Of a stretch of 64,000 nucleotides of DNA, positions 8,841 through 18,271 are shown one piece after another. Where the stretch lies: assembly GCA_018712825.1 (NCBI GenBank), contig DVGG01000056.1:4423-68422 (forward strand), given 5' to 3'. The notes below the pieces were generated by a model. The model had not been told where the DNA came from, did not search any database, and was given only the letters and a program-made list of their open reading frames with translations. The translations under genes were made by a program, and so were the position numbers. Each line of letters opens with the position of its first letter. Within the stretch, counting starts at the first letter, position 1. This DNA comes from Candidatus Faecousia excrementipullorum (lineage in GTDB: Bacteria > Bacillota > Clostridia > Oscillospirales > Oscillospiraceae).

Positions 8841-10595
8841 TTATGCTCCGTCTTCCTGCACAGGTCCGCTGGGGACGGTTTCCTCAGGCTGAGTGGTAGG
8901 GGGTTCTGTTTCCGGTTCTACAATTTTGCAGATGACCTGATCCCGCTTGGAGTAAATGGAGGTGACCTCCTTGTCCCGGCTGATCAGATCCTTTGTCTGC
9001 TTGTCGTACTTGCATTTGTAGGTGGTAATCTTGTAGCCGGTGTAGGGGGAGATAATTACATCCCCGTCGAGATAGCCTTCCGGGTTCTGGTCCGTCATTT
9101 CCTCGTAAATTGTGTTGTATGGTTCCTTCCAGTCAATCTCGTAATCCATCTTAATGTAGTAATCCTTGGTGTCGGTGCCAATGAGACTGACGGTGACGGT
9201 ACCGCCGCTGGCGGTTGCTTCAATCCGGATGGGATACTCGGTGTTGTTCTTGATTTTCAAATCCGGTCCGCCCCAGGCCACGGTGGCATCCATGCCGAAG
9301 GGAACATAGCTGGAAATGAAGGTGTGGCTGTGGCGCTGGACGATTTCCAGATCCGCCACCAGAGCACAGTAGTAAAGGGCGGAGGAGGTCTGACAGATGC
9401 CGCCGCCATAGGTCATCACCGTAGCGGTGCCCTCATAGCTGGCAGCGGGCTTCCAGCCCTTGTCCGGGGTCCGTTCCCCAAGGGTTTCGTTGTAGGCCAG
9501 CACGTCGCCGGGATTCAGCACGATTCCGTTCAGAGCTTCACAGGAAAGCTTCAGATTCACATCCCGTCCGCCGGGGATGCTGGCGCTCTTGGCAGTGAAG
9601 GTTCCCAGGGTATCCCGGAACAAAAGCCCTTCCAAGTCCTCTGTGGTTTTTTCGGGCGGTGTGAGAATCATGGGAATTTCCAGTACCGCCGCATTTCCCA
9701 AGGCTTCCAGCTGCTTCTGGGCAGCCTCCAGGTCGAAGGTATAGCCGTAATGATGAGGGGATACTTCAAAGGTTTCCATATCCATCTGGGCATCTTCCGG
9801 TTCGGTGGTCAGCTCCTGGTGGATTGCCTCCAGATCCGGGGCCTCCGGCTCCTGGGTTGTATAGGAAAAGTCCATGGAGAAAATACCCTTTGCCAGATTA
9901 TTTACCACTTCTTCATAAAGTGCATGGGTATCCAGCTCCTTGTGGCCTGCACCCAGGGTGATTACCAGGGTCTGACACTTTATTTCTGCCTCGTCCTTGG
10001 TCAGATCCGGTGCGGGGCCCTCCAGCGTCCAGGAGGGCTCGGTTTTCACGTTGGCAATGGGCTCCCACTGCTTTTCAATGGCGGTAAGAATCCCTTCCTG
10101 ATTTACCACCAGATAGGGGGTGATGTCAAACTCGCCGCCCTGGATGGAGGAGTTTTCAATGCCTGCCATCAGTCTGTCCAAATCCAGTCTGGCCTGTATG
10201 TCCTGGGCTGTAAGCTGGATGGTGTACTCACCCATGTGGATCTCCACGGCGCAGTCATCATACATAGCGCCTGCGGCGGTGGAAATTGCTTCTCTGGCAT
10301 CCTCCTGAGACATTCCGGAAATATTCACACCTGCCACAGTCAGATCCGGTATGGATTGCTCAGGCCCATCATTCTTTCCCAGTGTTACCACCAGGATTAC
10401 CGTCAGCAAAACAAGAAAAACGGCGGTGACACTGATGGCGATGATGGTGACTTTCCGGGCGGTCTGTCCATCGGGGTTTTGGGCGGCATATTTGCCGGCA
10501 GGTTGATTTTTTCTGCGGGTTATATTGGCATATGCGTCTTCCAGCTGTGCTTCCTCAGATTTTTTGGAAGTAGGTCTCTTCTTTGGTTCAGCCAT
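8841..10595 (-). CDS. VanW-family protein with N-terminal membrane anchor and C-terminal G5-like domain
   Basis: ATG at 10595 lies 10 nt after AAGGAG. TM segment VTIIAISVTAVFLVLLTVILVV. VanW core GGGICQTSSALYYCALVADLEIVQRHSH. Confidence 0.85.
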   Translation of the reverse strand: MAEPKKRPTSKKSEEAQLEDAYANITRRKNQPAGKYAAQNPDGQTARKVTIIAISVTAVFLVLLTVILVVTLGKNDGPEQSIPDLTVAGVNISGMSQEDAREAISTAAGAMYDDCAVEIHMGEYTIQLTAQDIQARLDLDRLMAGIENSSIQGGEFDITPYLVVNQEGILTAIEKQWEPIANVKTEPSWTLEGPAPDLTKDEAEIKCQTLVITLGAGHKELDTHALYEEVVNNLAKGIFSMDFSYTTQEPEAPDLEAIHQELTTEPEDAQMDMETFEVSPHHYGYTFDLEAAQKQLEALGNAAVLEIPMILTPPEKTTEDLEGLLFRDTLGTFTAKSASIPGGRDVNLKLSCEALNGIVLNPGDVLAYNETLGERTPDKGWKPAASYEGTATVMTYGGGICQTSSALYYCALVADLEIVQRHSHTFISSYVPFGMDATVAWGGPDLKIKNNTEYPIRIEATASGGTVTVSLIGTDTKDYYIKMDYEIDWKEPYNTIYEEMTDQNPEGYLDGDVIISPYTGYKITTYKCKYDKQTKDLISRDKEVTSIYSKRDQVICKIVEPETEPPTTQPEETVPSGPVQEDGA

Positions 10596-10669
10596 AGAAT
10601 TCACACTCCTTGATTCATTTTCTGTGTGGGTATTTTATCACAAATACAAAAGAAAGGAAAGCCAAAGTG

Positions 10670-13600
10670 TTAACAATTCAGGGCCTGGGCATATTTTTCC
10701 ACAAAGGCTTTGCTTTGACGCAGGCTGTCCACGCCCTTGGTAAGGGTCAGCCGCATAGTTGGTTCTTTGGCGGCGGCCACCAGCTGCAAGCGGTTCTTGT
10801 ATTCCGGCTGCTCACTGACGCGGGTCAGGGCGGCAAAATCCATACTGGTCAGGACAAATTGAATTTCCCCGGCTTTTTGCCGGATATCCCGGATGTGGAC
10901 AGCCTTGGCTTTGGCCCGGAGCAGCGCCACATCCACCAGATTCAGCACACCCTTGGGGGGCTCGCCGTACCGGTCGACGATTTCGTCCAGCAAATCGTCT
11001 GCATCCTCCTGGGAGCGAATGGCTGCCATGCGGCGGTACAAATCCATCCGCTCCTCCCCCTGGGATACATAGGTGGGGTCAATGTTTGCGGTGATATTCA
11101 GGTCTGCAGTACACTCCGGCTCCCTGGGCTTCTCACCCTTTTCCTCCAGAATGGCTTCGTCCAGCAGCTTCAAATACATATCGTAACCTACGGACATCAT
11201 ATGCCCGGACTGTTCGGCACCCAGGAGGTTGCCGGAGCCCCGAATTTCCAGATCCCGCATGGCGATTTTGAAGCCGGAACCGAATTCCGCAAAGTCCCGG
11301 ATGGCAGAGAGTCGTTTTTCTGCAATCTCTGTCAGGGATTTATCGGGCCGATAAGTGAAATAGGCATAGGCATGCCGGGTGGAACGTCCCACCCGTCCCC
11401 GAAGCTGGTGGAGCTGGCTCAGACCAAACCGGTCTGCATTTTCGATAATCAGGGTGTTGGCGTTGGGAATGTCCAGACCGGTTTCGATGATAGTGGTGCA
11501 TACCAGAACCTGAATATCTCCGTCTGCCATGGCGTGCATCACATCGCTGAGGGCAGCTTCCGTCATCTGTCCGTGGGCGACCCCTACGGTGATATCCGGG
11601 ATTCTCCGCTGGATGGCAGAGGCGCACTGGTCAATGGTCTCCACCTGATTGTGGAGGTAATACACTTGACCGCCCCGCTGTACCTCCCGGCGGATGGCAT
11701 CATCCAGAATGGGGGTGCTGTGCTCCAGCACATAGGTCTGAACCGGATAGCGGTCGGAGGGAGGCTCTTCAATGGTGGACATATCCCGGATTCCTGACAG
11801 GGCCATGTTCAGGGTACGGGGAATGGGGGTGGCAGAGAGGGTGAGCACATCCACACCCTTGGAGATTTCCTTCAGCCGCTCCTTGTGGGCAACACCAAAC
11901 CGCTGCTCCTCGTCAATAATCAGCAGGCCCAAATCCTTGAATTCGATGGATTTCTGCAACAGCTTGTGGGTGCCGATAATCAAATCCACCTGACCTGCCC
12001 GGAGCTTTTGCAGAGTTCTTCTCTGCTCATTGGCAGAGCGGAAGCGGCTGAGCACATCCACATTCACCGGGAAACCCCGAAACCGGGCCACAGCGGTCTG
12101 ATAGTGCTGCTGGGCCAGAACGGTGGTGGGGACCAGAATGGCCACCTGTTTGCCGTCCATGATGGCTTTCATCACCGCCCGGAGGGCTACTTCTGTTTTG
12201 CCGAAGCCTACGTCGCCGCAGAGAAGCCGGTCCATGGGGGTGGGAGATTCCATATCTCCCTTGATTTCTGCAATACACCGGAGCTGATCATCCGTTTCCG
12301 GGTAGGGGAAGTTGTCCTCAAACTCCCGCTGCCAGGGAGAGTCGGGGGAGAAGGCATAGCCGGGCTGCCGCTTTCTGGCGGCATAGAGCTGAATCAGCTC
12401 TCCGGCCATATCCTTGGCGGCCTTCCGGGCCTTGGCCTTGGACTTCTGCCAGGCATCGGTTCCGATTTTGTTCAGGCGTACATTGCCGTTATCCGGGCCG
12501 CCGCCAATATACTTGCTCACCAAGTCCAGCTGAGTTGCAGGAACAAACAGGGTGTCCGTGCCCTGGTAAGCAATTTTGATATAGTCCTTGATGGCACCGT
12601 CAATGCGGATTTGCTCCATCCCCACAAAACGGCCGATACCGTAGTTGTCGTGTACAACCAGGTCGCCGGAGGTCAGGTCTGTAAAGGCGCTGAGCTTTTG
12701 CCGGTTGGTGGCGTCTTTTTTTGCTTTGGTCTTTACCCTGGGAACAGTTTTCGCCACCAGCTGCCCCTCTGTCAGAACTGCCAGCTTGGCAGCCGGGTAC
12801 TCCATACCAAAGGGGAGAGTGCCGTCAGTGAGCAAAATCTGTCCGGGCTTGGGCATGGCGGTGAGAGGAACGCACAAAAATGTGCTCAGGCCCTTTTCAC
12901 TCAGCATTTGCTGCAGCAGCTCGCAGCGCCGCTGGGTGCCGCAAAGTACCAGCGTGGCAAAGTCCATCTTCTGGTAGTGGGAAAGGTCGGAAACCACGGT
13001 GTCCATGTTGCCGCCGTATCCCGGCAGCTGTTTGCCGGTAATGGGATACAGGGCTTTGGGCGGACAATCTGCGGGGTAGGAGGTGCCGCCAAAGGCATCC
13101 AGGTAAAGGACGCACCGCTTTTTCAGGGCATGGCAGAAGTCCTCCCACTGCCACACATAATCGCAAAGCTCACTGGCAGCAAGACCGGCCTGGAGAAGGC
13201 TGTCCAGCTGCATCCCCACCTCCTCGGTTCTGGAACGGGCGGCTCTGTGAATACTGCCCTGGTCGCAGAGGGCGATAAGCGCATTGTCCGGGATATAGTC
13301 AAAGGCGGTGGTAAAATCCGGATATACAAGAGCCATGTACCGGTCAGAGGCAGGATGTCCTGCCTCGTTTTCCAGCTTTTCCAGATCCCGTTCCAGGGTG
13401 CGTATCAGCTCCTGGTTGGGATTTTTCCGCCGCTTCTGCCGGGCAAGAAGGGCGTGGATATCCCGGCAAAGACCGGGGATTCCCTGGGGATGCAAACCCA
13501 GTTGGGTTTCTCCTACAGGAAGGACGGCGATGCTGTCTGTATTTTCGGTACGCCGCTGGGTAATGGGGTCAAAGTAGCCCATGGTATCCAGCTCGTCCCC

Positions 13601-14185
13601 AAAGAACTCCGCCCGGACAGGCCGGTCACAGGCAGGGGAGAAAATATCCAGAATACCGCCCCGGATGGAAAACTGCCCGGGACCTTCCACCATACTGCAC
13701 CGGCTGTAACCGCAGGCGGTGAGCTTCCGGCTCAGCTCATCCAAAGTGTAGGAACCGCCGACTTCCAGGGTAAAGACACAATCCTTCAGCACCCGGGAGG
13801 GCATGGTACGCAGACTCATGGACTCCCAGGACAGAATCTGTACCTGGGTGGCCCCGGATTGCAAATCGGAAAGCTGACGAATCCGCTTTTGTTCCCACTG
13901 GCGGGAAACCACGGTGTTGTCATACAAGGTCAGCTCTCTGCCGGGCAGGGCAGGGGGGGTATAGCCCAGAAAGGCGGCCAGCTCATCCTGCAGGCGTTTG
14001 GCACCCATGTCGTCCTGGCAGAGAATCACCAGGGGGCGTCCGCAATGGACACTGACCGCAGCCAGAATATGGCTGCGGTTGATTTGCCCGATGCCTGTGA
14101 CAGCTGCCGGACGGTTCTGGCTTAGCTCAGACAGAAGCTCAGTGTATTCAGGAAGGGTTTTCAGTACGGAAAGGAGCTTATCCAT
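10670..14185 (-). CDS. mfd: Transcription-repair coupling factor
   Basis: 1171 aa. Helicase motifs GDVGFGKTEVA, DEEQRFGV and TATPIPRT, a CarD-like segment (VVHDNYGIGRF), and a TRCF C-terminal domain. Confidence 0.95.
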   Translation of the reverse strand: MDKLLSVLKTLPEYTELLSELSQNRPAAVTGIGQINRSHILAAVSVHCGRPLVILCQDDMGAKRLQDELAAFLGYTPPALPGRELTLYDNTVVSRQWEQKRIRQLSDLQSGATQVQILSWESMSLRTMPSRVLKDCVFTLEVGGSYTLDELSRKLTACGYSRCSMVEGPGQFSIRGGILDIFSPACDRPVRAEFFGDELDTMGYFDPITQRRTENTDSIAVLPVGETQLGLHPQGIPGLCRDIHALLARQKRRKNPNQELIRTLERDLEKLENEAGHPASDRYMALVYPDFTTAFDYIPDNALIALCDQGSIHRAARSRTEEVGMQLDSLLQAGLAASELCDYVWQWEDFCHALKKRCVLYLDAFGGTSYPADCPPKALYPITGKQLPGYGGNMDTVVSDLSHYQKMDFATLVLCGTQRRCELLQQMLSEKGLSTFLCVPLTAMPKPGQILLTDGTLPFGMEYPAAKLAVLTEGQLVAKTVPRVKTKAKKDATNRQKLSAFTDLTSGDLVVHDNYGIGRFVGMEQIRIDGAIKDYIKIAYQGTDTLFVPATQLDLVSKYIGGGPDNGNVRLNKIGTDAWQKSKAKARKAAKDMAGELIQLYAARKRQPGYAFSPDSPWQREFEDNFPYPETDDQLRCIAEIKGDMESPTPMDRLLCGDVGFGKTEVALRAVMKAIMDGKQVAILVPTTVLAQQHYQTAVARFRGFPVNVDVLSRFRSANEQRRTLQKLRAGQVDLIIGTHKLLQKSIEFKDLGLLIIDEEQRFGVAHKERLKEISKGVDVLTLSATPIPRTLNMALSGIRDMSTIEEPPSDRYPVQTYVLEHSTPILDDAIRREVQRGGQVYYLHNQVETIDQCASAIQRRIPDITVGVAHGQMTEAALSDVMHAMADGDIQVLVCTTIIETGLDIPNANTLIIENADRFGLSQLHQLRGRVGRSTRHAYAYFTYRPDKSLTEIAEKRLSAIRDFAEFGSGFKIAMRDLEIRGSGNLLGAEQSGHMMSVGYDMYLKLLDEAILEEKGEKPREPECTADLNITANIDPTYVSQGEERMDLYRRMAAIRSQEDADDLLDEIVDRYGEPPKGVLNLVDVALLRAKAKAVHIRDIRQKAGEIQFVLTSMDFAALTRVSEQPEYKNRLQLVAAAKEPTMRLTLTKGVDSLRQSKAFVEKYAQALNC

Positions 14186-14225
14186 AGGCTTACCTCATAC
14201 GAAAAATTTTCTCCACGCAGCAACG

Positions 14226-14254
14226 CGGAAAGGGGAACTTGGAGCCCCTTTCCG
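14226..14254 (-). other. Stem-loop between pth and mfd
   Basis: CGGAAAGGGG-9 nt-CCCCTTTCCG. There is no U-tract, so it is not a clear terminator. Confidence 0.45.
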
Positions 14255-14273
14255 TGTTGTTATGACAATATTC

Positions 14274-14867
14274 TTATTTTCCTGCAGCATTGAAGCGATT
14301 GGCTGCCTCCATGGTGCCCTGGGATACAATGCACAAAGCCGCATCTGCTGCCCGGTCCAAAGCCGCCTGCAAGGACTTTTCCTCGGAGGCGGAGAAGGCG
14401 GATAACACCCAGTCTGCCAGGTCAAAATCCGGGTTGGGCTTTGCACCAACGCCTACCTTTACCCGGGGGAAGTCCTGACTTCCCAACTGGGAGATGATGG
14501 ATTTGATTCCGTTGTGCCCCCCGGCAGAGCCGTTGCTCCGAATCCGAAGACGGCCGATGTCCAGGGAGATGTCGTCAAAAATCACCACAATCCGCTGGGG
14601 AGGGATATTGAAGTAGGCGGAAAGCTGCAGCACAGACCGGCCTGACAGATTCATATAGGTCAGAGGTTTGAGAAGATACAGCTTGTGCCCCTCATAGGTA
14701 GTCTGCCCATACAGGCCTTCAAACTTACCCTTATCCACTTTGCAGCCCAGCTTCTGCGCCAGAATATCCAGAGCACGGAAACCGCAGTTGTGCCGTGTTT
14801 TTGCATATTCCGGGCCGGGGTTACCCAAGCCCACAATGAGCCAGGCTTCGTTGTCTTTTTTCAACAC
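14274..14867 (-). CDS. pth: Peptidyl-tRNA hydrolase
   Basis: LIVGLGNPGPEYAKTRHNCGF and GGHNGIKSI motifs. GTG start lies 5 nt after the prs stop. Confidence 0.92.
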   Translation of the reverse strand: MLKKDNEAWLIVGLGNPGPEYAKTRHNCGFRALDILAQKLGCKVDKGKFEGLYGQTTYEGHKLYLLKPLTYMNLSGRSVLQLSAYFNIPPQRIVVIFDDISLDIGRLRIRSNGSAGGHNGIKSIISQLGSQDFPRVKVGVGAKPNPDFDLADWVLSAFSASEEKSLQAALDRAADAALCIVSQGTMEAANRFNAAGK

Positions 14868-14872
14868 CGCTT

Positions 14873-15838
14873 TTAGAACAGGTCAGCGATGGAGGTAGCG
14901 CCGTGAATGTGGGAAATGGCACGGGCAAAAATGGGAGCCACATCCAGCTGCTTGATCTTCTTGCAGGTGCAGTTCTCAGGCAGGGGAATGGTGTTGTGAA
15001 TCACCAGCTCCTTGATGGGGCTGTTCTCAATCCGCTCAAAGGCAGGACCGGAGAGAACACCGTGGGTAGCGCAGGCGTAGACTTCCTTGGCACCGCCAAT
15101 CTCAACCAGCGCCTTGGCGGCGTTGCACAGAGAACCGGCGGTATCCACCAGGTCGTCGTACAGAATGCAGGTCTTATCCCGGACGTCGCCGATGACGTTC
15201 ATGACCTCACACACATTGGCCTTGGGACGGCGCTTGTCAACAATGGCCAGACCCATGTGCACCTTCCCGGCAAAAGCACGGGCACGGCCTACAGAGCCCA
15301 CGTCGGGAGAAACCACCACAAACTCATCGTGGTTGTATTTCTCCTCCGGGAACTTGTTCATGTAGTAGTGGACAAAGGTGGGGTTGCCCAGCAGGTGGTC
15401 CACAGGAATGTCGAAGAAGCCCTGAATCTGGGCGGCGTGCAGATCCATGGTCAGCACGCGGTTGGCGCCGGCGGCGGTGAGCATGTTGGCCACCAGCTTG
15501 GAGGAGATGGGATCACGGCTCTTGGCTTTGCGGTCCTGACGGGCATAGCCGAAGTAAGGAATGACGGCGGTGATACGACCGGCAGATGCACGACGGCAGG
15601 CGTCAATCATAATCAGCAGCTCCATCAGGTTGTCGTTTACAGGCTTACAGGTGGAATTGATCAGGAAGACATCTGCACCGCGTACAGTTTCCTCCAGGGT
15701 GACAGAAACCTCTCCGTCGGCGAAAGCGCTTACGACACCTTCTCCCATAGGAAGCTGCAGTTCCTTGCAGACGGTCTCTGCAAAGCTGCGACTGGCTGTA
15801 CCGCAGAAAATTTTGATGTTGTCCTCATACGCAATCAT
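14873..15838 (-). CDS. prs: Ribose-phosphate pyrophosphokinase
   Basis: YARQDRK, DLHAAQIQGFFDIPVD and VVSPDVGSVGRAR motifs. Start moved to ATG 15838 (MIAYEDNIKIF), 8 nt after AGTGAGGT. Confidence 0.95.
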   Translation of the reverse strand: MIAYEDNIKIFCGTASRSFAETVCKELQLPMGEGVVSAFADGEVSVTLEETVRGADVFLINSTCKPVNDNLMELLIMIDACRRASAGRITAVIPYFGYARQDRKAKSRDPISSKLVANMLTAAGANRVLTMDLHAAQIQGFFDIPVDHLLGNPTFVHYYMNKFPEEKYNHDEFVVVSPDVGSVGRARAFAGKVHMGLAIVDKRRPKANVCEVMNVIGDVRDKTCILYDDLVDTAGSLCNAAKALVEIGGAKEVYACATHGVLSGPAFERIENSPIKELVIHNTIPLPENCTCKKIKQLDVAPIFARAISHIHGATSIADLF

Positions 15839-15901
15839 CTGAGAATACCTCACTTTTATTCTTTATCTACCCATAGCCGCGCCATGAGCCAGTATATCCA
15901 C

Positions 15902-15931
15902 ATTATACCATTGCCTTCATGAAAATTGCAA
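15902..15931 (-). promoter_or_regulatory. Candidate sigma-A promoter for prs-pth-mfd
   Basis: Minus strand reads TTGCAA-18 nt-TGgTATAAT. Confidence 0.5.
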
Positions 15932-16017
15932 TACAAAACGCCCGGAAATTCCAACAAAAAAATCAGGAAAAACCTACAGGCTTTTTACAAAGCGACAGTA
16001 AAACGGTTAAGATTCCG

Positions 16018-16338
16018 CTACATCAGAAAATAAAGGGCCAGGGTAAGGAGCGCGTTGTTTTGGTTTTCCTGGCAGTCTCCCGCCATCAAAAGCAAAAGCA
16101 GTACCACAATCAGGTCTCCCGTTTCAAAATTTCCGGGAAGGAACTGCCGGAAAAAGGCGGAGAGATTACCGTTTCCCGTGTTGTTCTGCACCTGATATGG
16201 TTGCGGGTTCGCCGGTACAGGCTTTTTTGGCTCAGATGAGGGGCAAGGTTGTGGCTGGGGTGGGGTGGAGGACTGGGGTTCTTGTACCCGCTTTCGTTGG
16301 TATGAGCCGTCAGGCTGGGGAATATATCGATTATACAT
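16018..16338 (-). CDS. Small Pro/Gln-rich protein with hydrophobic C-terminal segment (unknown function)
   Basis: ATG preceded by AGGTGA at 6 nt. N-terminus MYNRYIPQPDGSYQRKRV, then a PQ-rich tract, then DLIVVLLLLLMAGD...LLTLALYFLM. Third gene of a coupled trio. Confidence 0.6.
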   Translation of the reverse strand: MYNRYIPQPDGSYQRKRVQEPQSSTPPQPQPCPSSEPKKPVPANPQPYQVQNNTGNGNLSAFFRQFLPGNFETGDLIVVLLLLLMAGDCQENQNNALLTLALYFLM

Positions 16339-16344
16339 TGGGAA

Positions 16345-16698
16345 TCACCTGCCGGTTTGATTTTGGGAGTTGCCCAGAAAGGCAGAGGCTACGGAGGCCA
16401 TTTTGGCTGCACGCATGGCTTTTTCCAGCTTCTCGATGCGCCTGGGAGCCAGATATGGGCGCAGGGCACACAACAGATTATGCTCCTGGGAAGAAATCTG
16501 TCCCTGGGATGCAATGCCGGATATGGTCTTGAGCATACCGGGGTCAATTCCTCCCAGCCCGGAAAAACTCTCCCGGGCTGATTCGTTCTGGCTCTGTTCC
16601 GGGGCAGACTGTCCCAGGGCTTGGGCCATGGAGTAAATTTGCTCCATGGCCTTGGGATCGGATAAAATTGCCCCCAGCTTTTCCTCCAATTCATCCAT
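16345..16698 (-). CDS. Small helical protein of unknown function
   Basis: ATG preceded by GAGGAGGG at 6 nt. MDELEEKLGAILSDPKAMEQIYSMAQALG...LLCALRPYLAPRRIEKLEKAMRAAKMA. Overlaps the upstream ORF by 8 nt. Confidence 0.65.
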   Translation of the reverse strand: MDELEEKLGAILSDPKAMEQIYSMAQALGQSAPEQSQNESARESFSGLGGIDPGMLKTISGIASQGQISSQEHNLLCALRPYLAPRRIEKLEKAMRAAKMASVASAFLGNSQNQTGR

Positions 16699-16927
16699 TT
16701 TGTTCCCTCCTCAGCTGCTGCAGCATGGCTTGCACCTGGGGAGAAGCCAGAAGGGACTGCAAGGTTTCTTTGGCTGCGCCGGAATTGCCCTGAGAAGCCT
16801 GAGCGGCTGCCTTCTCCAGCGTCCCGGGATCATATTGCTGAAGCATGGCAAGAAGCCGCTGCCCGGTAGGACTTTTTGCCAGACGCAGGGCCTCCTGCAT
16901 GGAAAAATCCGATGAATTTTTCTGCAT
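16691..16927 (-). CDS. Small Gln/Ala-rich helical protein of unknown function
   Basis: Start set at ATG 16927 (MQKNSSDF...), 5 nt after ACAGGAGGCA. LAKSPTGQRLLAMLQQYDPGTLEKAAAQASQGN...SLLASPQVQAMLQQL. Confidence 0.6.
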   Translation of the reverse strand: MQKNSSDFSMQEALRLAKSPTGQRLLAMLQQYDPGTLEKAAAQASQGNSGAAKETLQSLLASPQVQAMLQQLRREQNG

Positions 16928-16999
16928 TCGATTGCCTCCTGTCATTTTTCCTGCTATAATAGGCGTGTGTCAGAGTGTGGATTCACCCTCTGCTGTTAA

Positions 17000-17027
17000 T
17001 ACTATATGCAGGAATAGAACAGTAGGT
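17000..17027 (-). promoter_or_regulatory. Possible sigma-K-type (late mother-cell) promoter for the small-ORF trio
   Basis: Minus strand reads AC-17 nt-CATATAGTA, which fits the B. subtilis SigK consensus AC-N16-17-CATAnnnTA as I remember it. This is a low-information motif. Confidence 0.3.
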
Positions 17028-17032
17028 GACTT

Positions 17033-17527
17033 ATGAAAATTTTGGTGTTTTCCGATTCTCATGCTTCCAGAAGCTTTATGCGGCTGTGCATGGAGCGAAT
17101 CAAGCCGGATGCCTTCATCCATTTGGGAGACTACTACGAAGATGGGGAGGCGATTGCAGAGGAGTTCCCCGGGGTTCCCAATTACCGTGTCCCCGGAAAC
17201 TGCGACTATTACCGCATGGCTGAGTCCGTCCCCGGGATTCTTTCCTGTAAAATTGCCGGGGTGCAGATATATATGACCCATGGTCACCTGCATGGGGTAA
17301 AATCCGCCACAGACCGTCTTTTGAAAGAGGCCAGAAAAGAGAAAGCCCAGGCGGTGCTGTACGGCCACACCCACCGGGCGGAGTGCTACCAGGAAAAGGA
17401 TGGAATGTGGGTGCTCAATCCCGGCTCCTGCGGCTCCTACGGCGGCTCTGCCGGTATGCTCCTCATTGAAGAGAACAAAATTCAGGGCTGCTGGCTGCTT
17501 TACCCGGAGGATTTGCTGCAAAAGTGA
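17033..17527 (+). CDS. YfcE/MJ0936-family metallophosphoesterase
   Basis: Motifs VFSDSHAS, HLGDYYEDG, PGNCDY, THGHLH and YGHTH in canonical order. 164 aa. Confidence 0.88.
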   Translation: MKILVFSDSHASRSFMRLCMERIKPDAFIHLGDYYEDGEAIAEEFPGVPNYRVPGNCDYYRMAESVPGILSCKIAGVQIYMTHGHLHGVKSATDRLLKEARKEKAQAVLYGHTHRAECYQEKDGMWVLNPGSCGSYGGSAGMLLIEENKIQGCWLLYPEDLLQK

Positions 17528-17538
17528 TGGGATGCTTT

Positions 17539-17706
17539 TCAGGACATGGCCACCAAAAACAGGATGATTGCAGCAAACCCCAGACAGGAAGCCAGAATCA
17601 GCAGACGATTCAGGCACTTGTCCAGAACCTGCTGTCGGGTGGCACCGTTGGGATAGGGGACATAACCGCTGATTCTGCGGCGGGGATGGGCAGATAGATT
17701 TTTCAT
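17539..17706 (-). CDS. Small tail-anchored membrane protein (hypothetical)
   Basis: ATG 17706 lies 9 nt after GGAAAAAGGAGG. 55 aa with a basic N-terminus and a single C-terminal TM (LLILASCLGFAAIILFLVAM). Confidence 0.45.
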   Translation of the reverse strand: MKNLSAHPRRRISGYVPYPNGATRQQVLDKCLNRLLILASCLGFAAIILFLVAMS

Positions 17707-17776
17707 GGTACAACAGCCTCCTTTTTCCACAGGATACAATAGAAAGTGTCCGATTAACCGGACAGTAATACATCTC

Positions 17777-17805
17777 TTGTCAAATAGGCTTTTTTATGCT
17801 ATGAT
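17777..17805 (+). promoter_or_regulatory. Candidate sigma-A promoter
   Basis: TTGTCA-17 nt-TATGAT, with TGc forming an extended -10. Confidence 0.5.
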
Positions 17806-17835
17806 ACAAAAAGATTTCCGCCGGAGGTGGCTTTG

Positions 17836-18261
17836 ATGGATAAGAAAAAGAATTTTTTCTCTGATATGAAGGAAAAGTGGAATGGGTTTATGGAAAAGAC
17901 CCGCCCGGGAAGGGAAAAGACCGGCAGAGTGCTTTCCGTTGCCGGACTGTGGATTTACCGGCTTCGCAGCCTGATTCTGGGGATTCCTGTGGGTGTTGCG
18001 GCGGTGATTCTGGCATTGCGCAACGCCCGGTCACTGCCGGCGCAGATTGCCCTATCTATTCCCAAGGTTGAAGACGGTGCTTTGGTGATTGTTTCCCAGA
18101 TGCTGGACAAGAATGTTGCTGTGATGGGTCCTTTGGCCATTACCGCGCTTTGTATCCTGATGATGTTTATTTCCAAGCGGATGACCTATCCTTTCCTGAT
18201 TAGCGTGTTTACCCTGGGGGTGCCCATTGCGCTGTATTATATGAACTGTGTGCTTGTTTGA
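17836..18261 (+). CDS. Hypothetical integral membrane protein
   Basis: ATG 17836 lies 6 nt after GGAGGTG. 141 aa with about four predicted TM helices. No recognised motif. Confidence 0.6.
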   Translation: MDKKKNFFSDMKEKWNGFMEKTRPGREKTGRVLSVAGLWIYRLRSLILGIPVGVAAVILALRNARSLPAQIALSIPKVEDGALVIVSQMLDKNVAVMGPLAITALCILMMFISKRMTYPFLISVFTLGVPIALYYMNCVLV

Positions 18262-18271
18262 GAAAATCATA

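Noticed and set aside
8781-10613. 610-aa plus-strand ORF antisense to the VanW gene.
   Set aside because: Its composition is Gly/Val/His-rich and repetitive, with no RBS or motif. The opposite strand carries a clear VanW core, a TM anchor and an RBS. This is a typical shadow ORF in GC-rich coding DNA.
11885-14125. 746-aa plus-strand ORF antisense to mfd.
   Set aside because: The minus strand encodes an unmistakable Mfd with all helicase motifs. The plus ORF has low-complexity G/L/P-rich content and no start context.
15919-16532. Plus-strand ORFs 15919-16239 and 16197-16532, opposite the small-protein trio.
   Set aside because: They have no RBS and are Arg/Gly/Trp-rich. The minus-strand ORFs each have canonical RBS spacing and are tightly coupled, so the minus strand was preferred.
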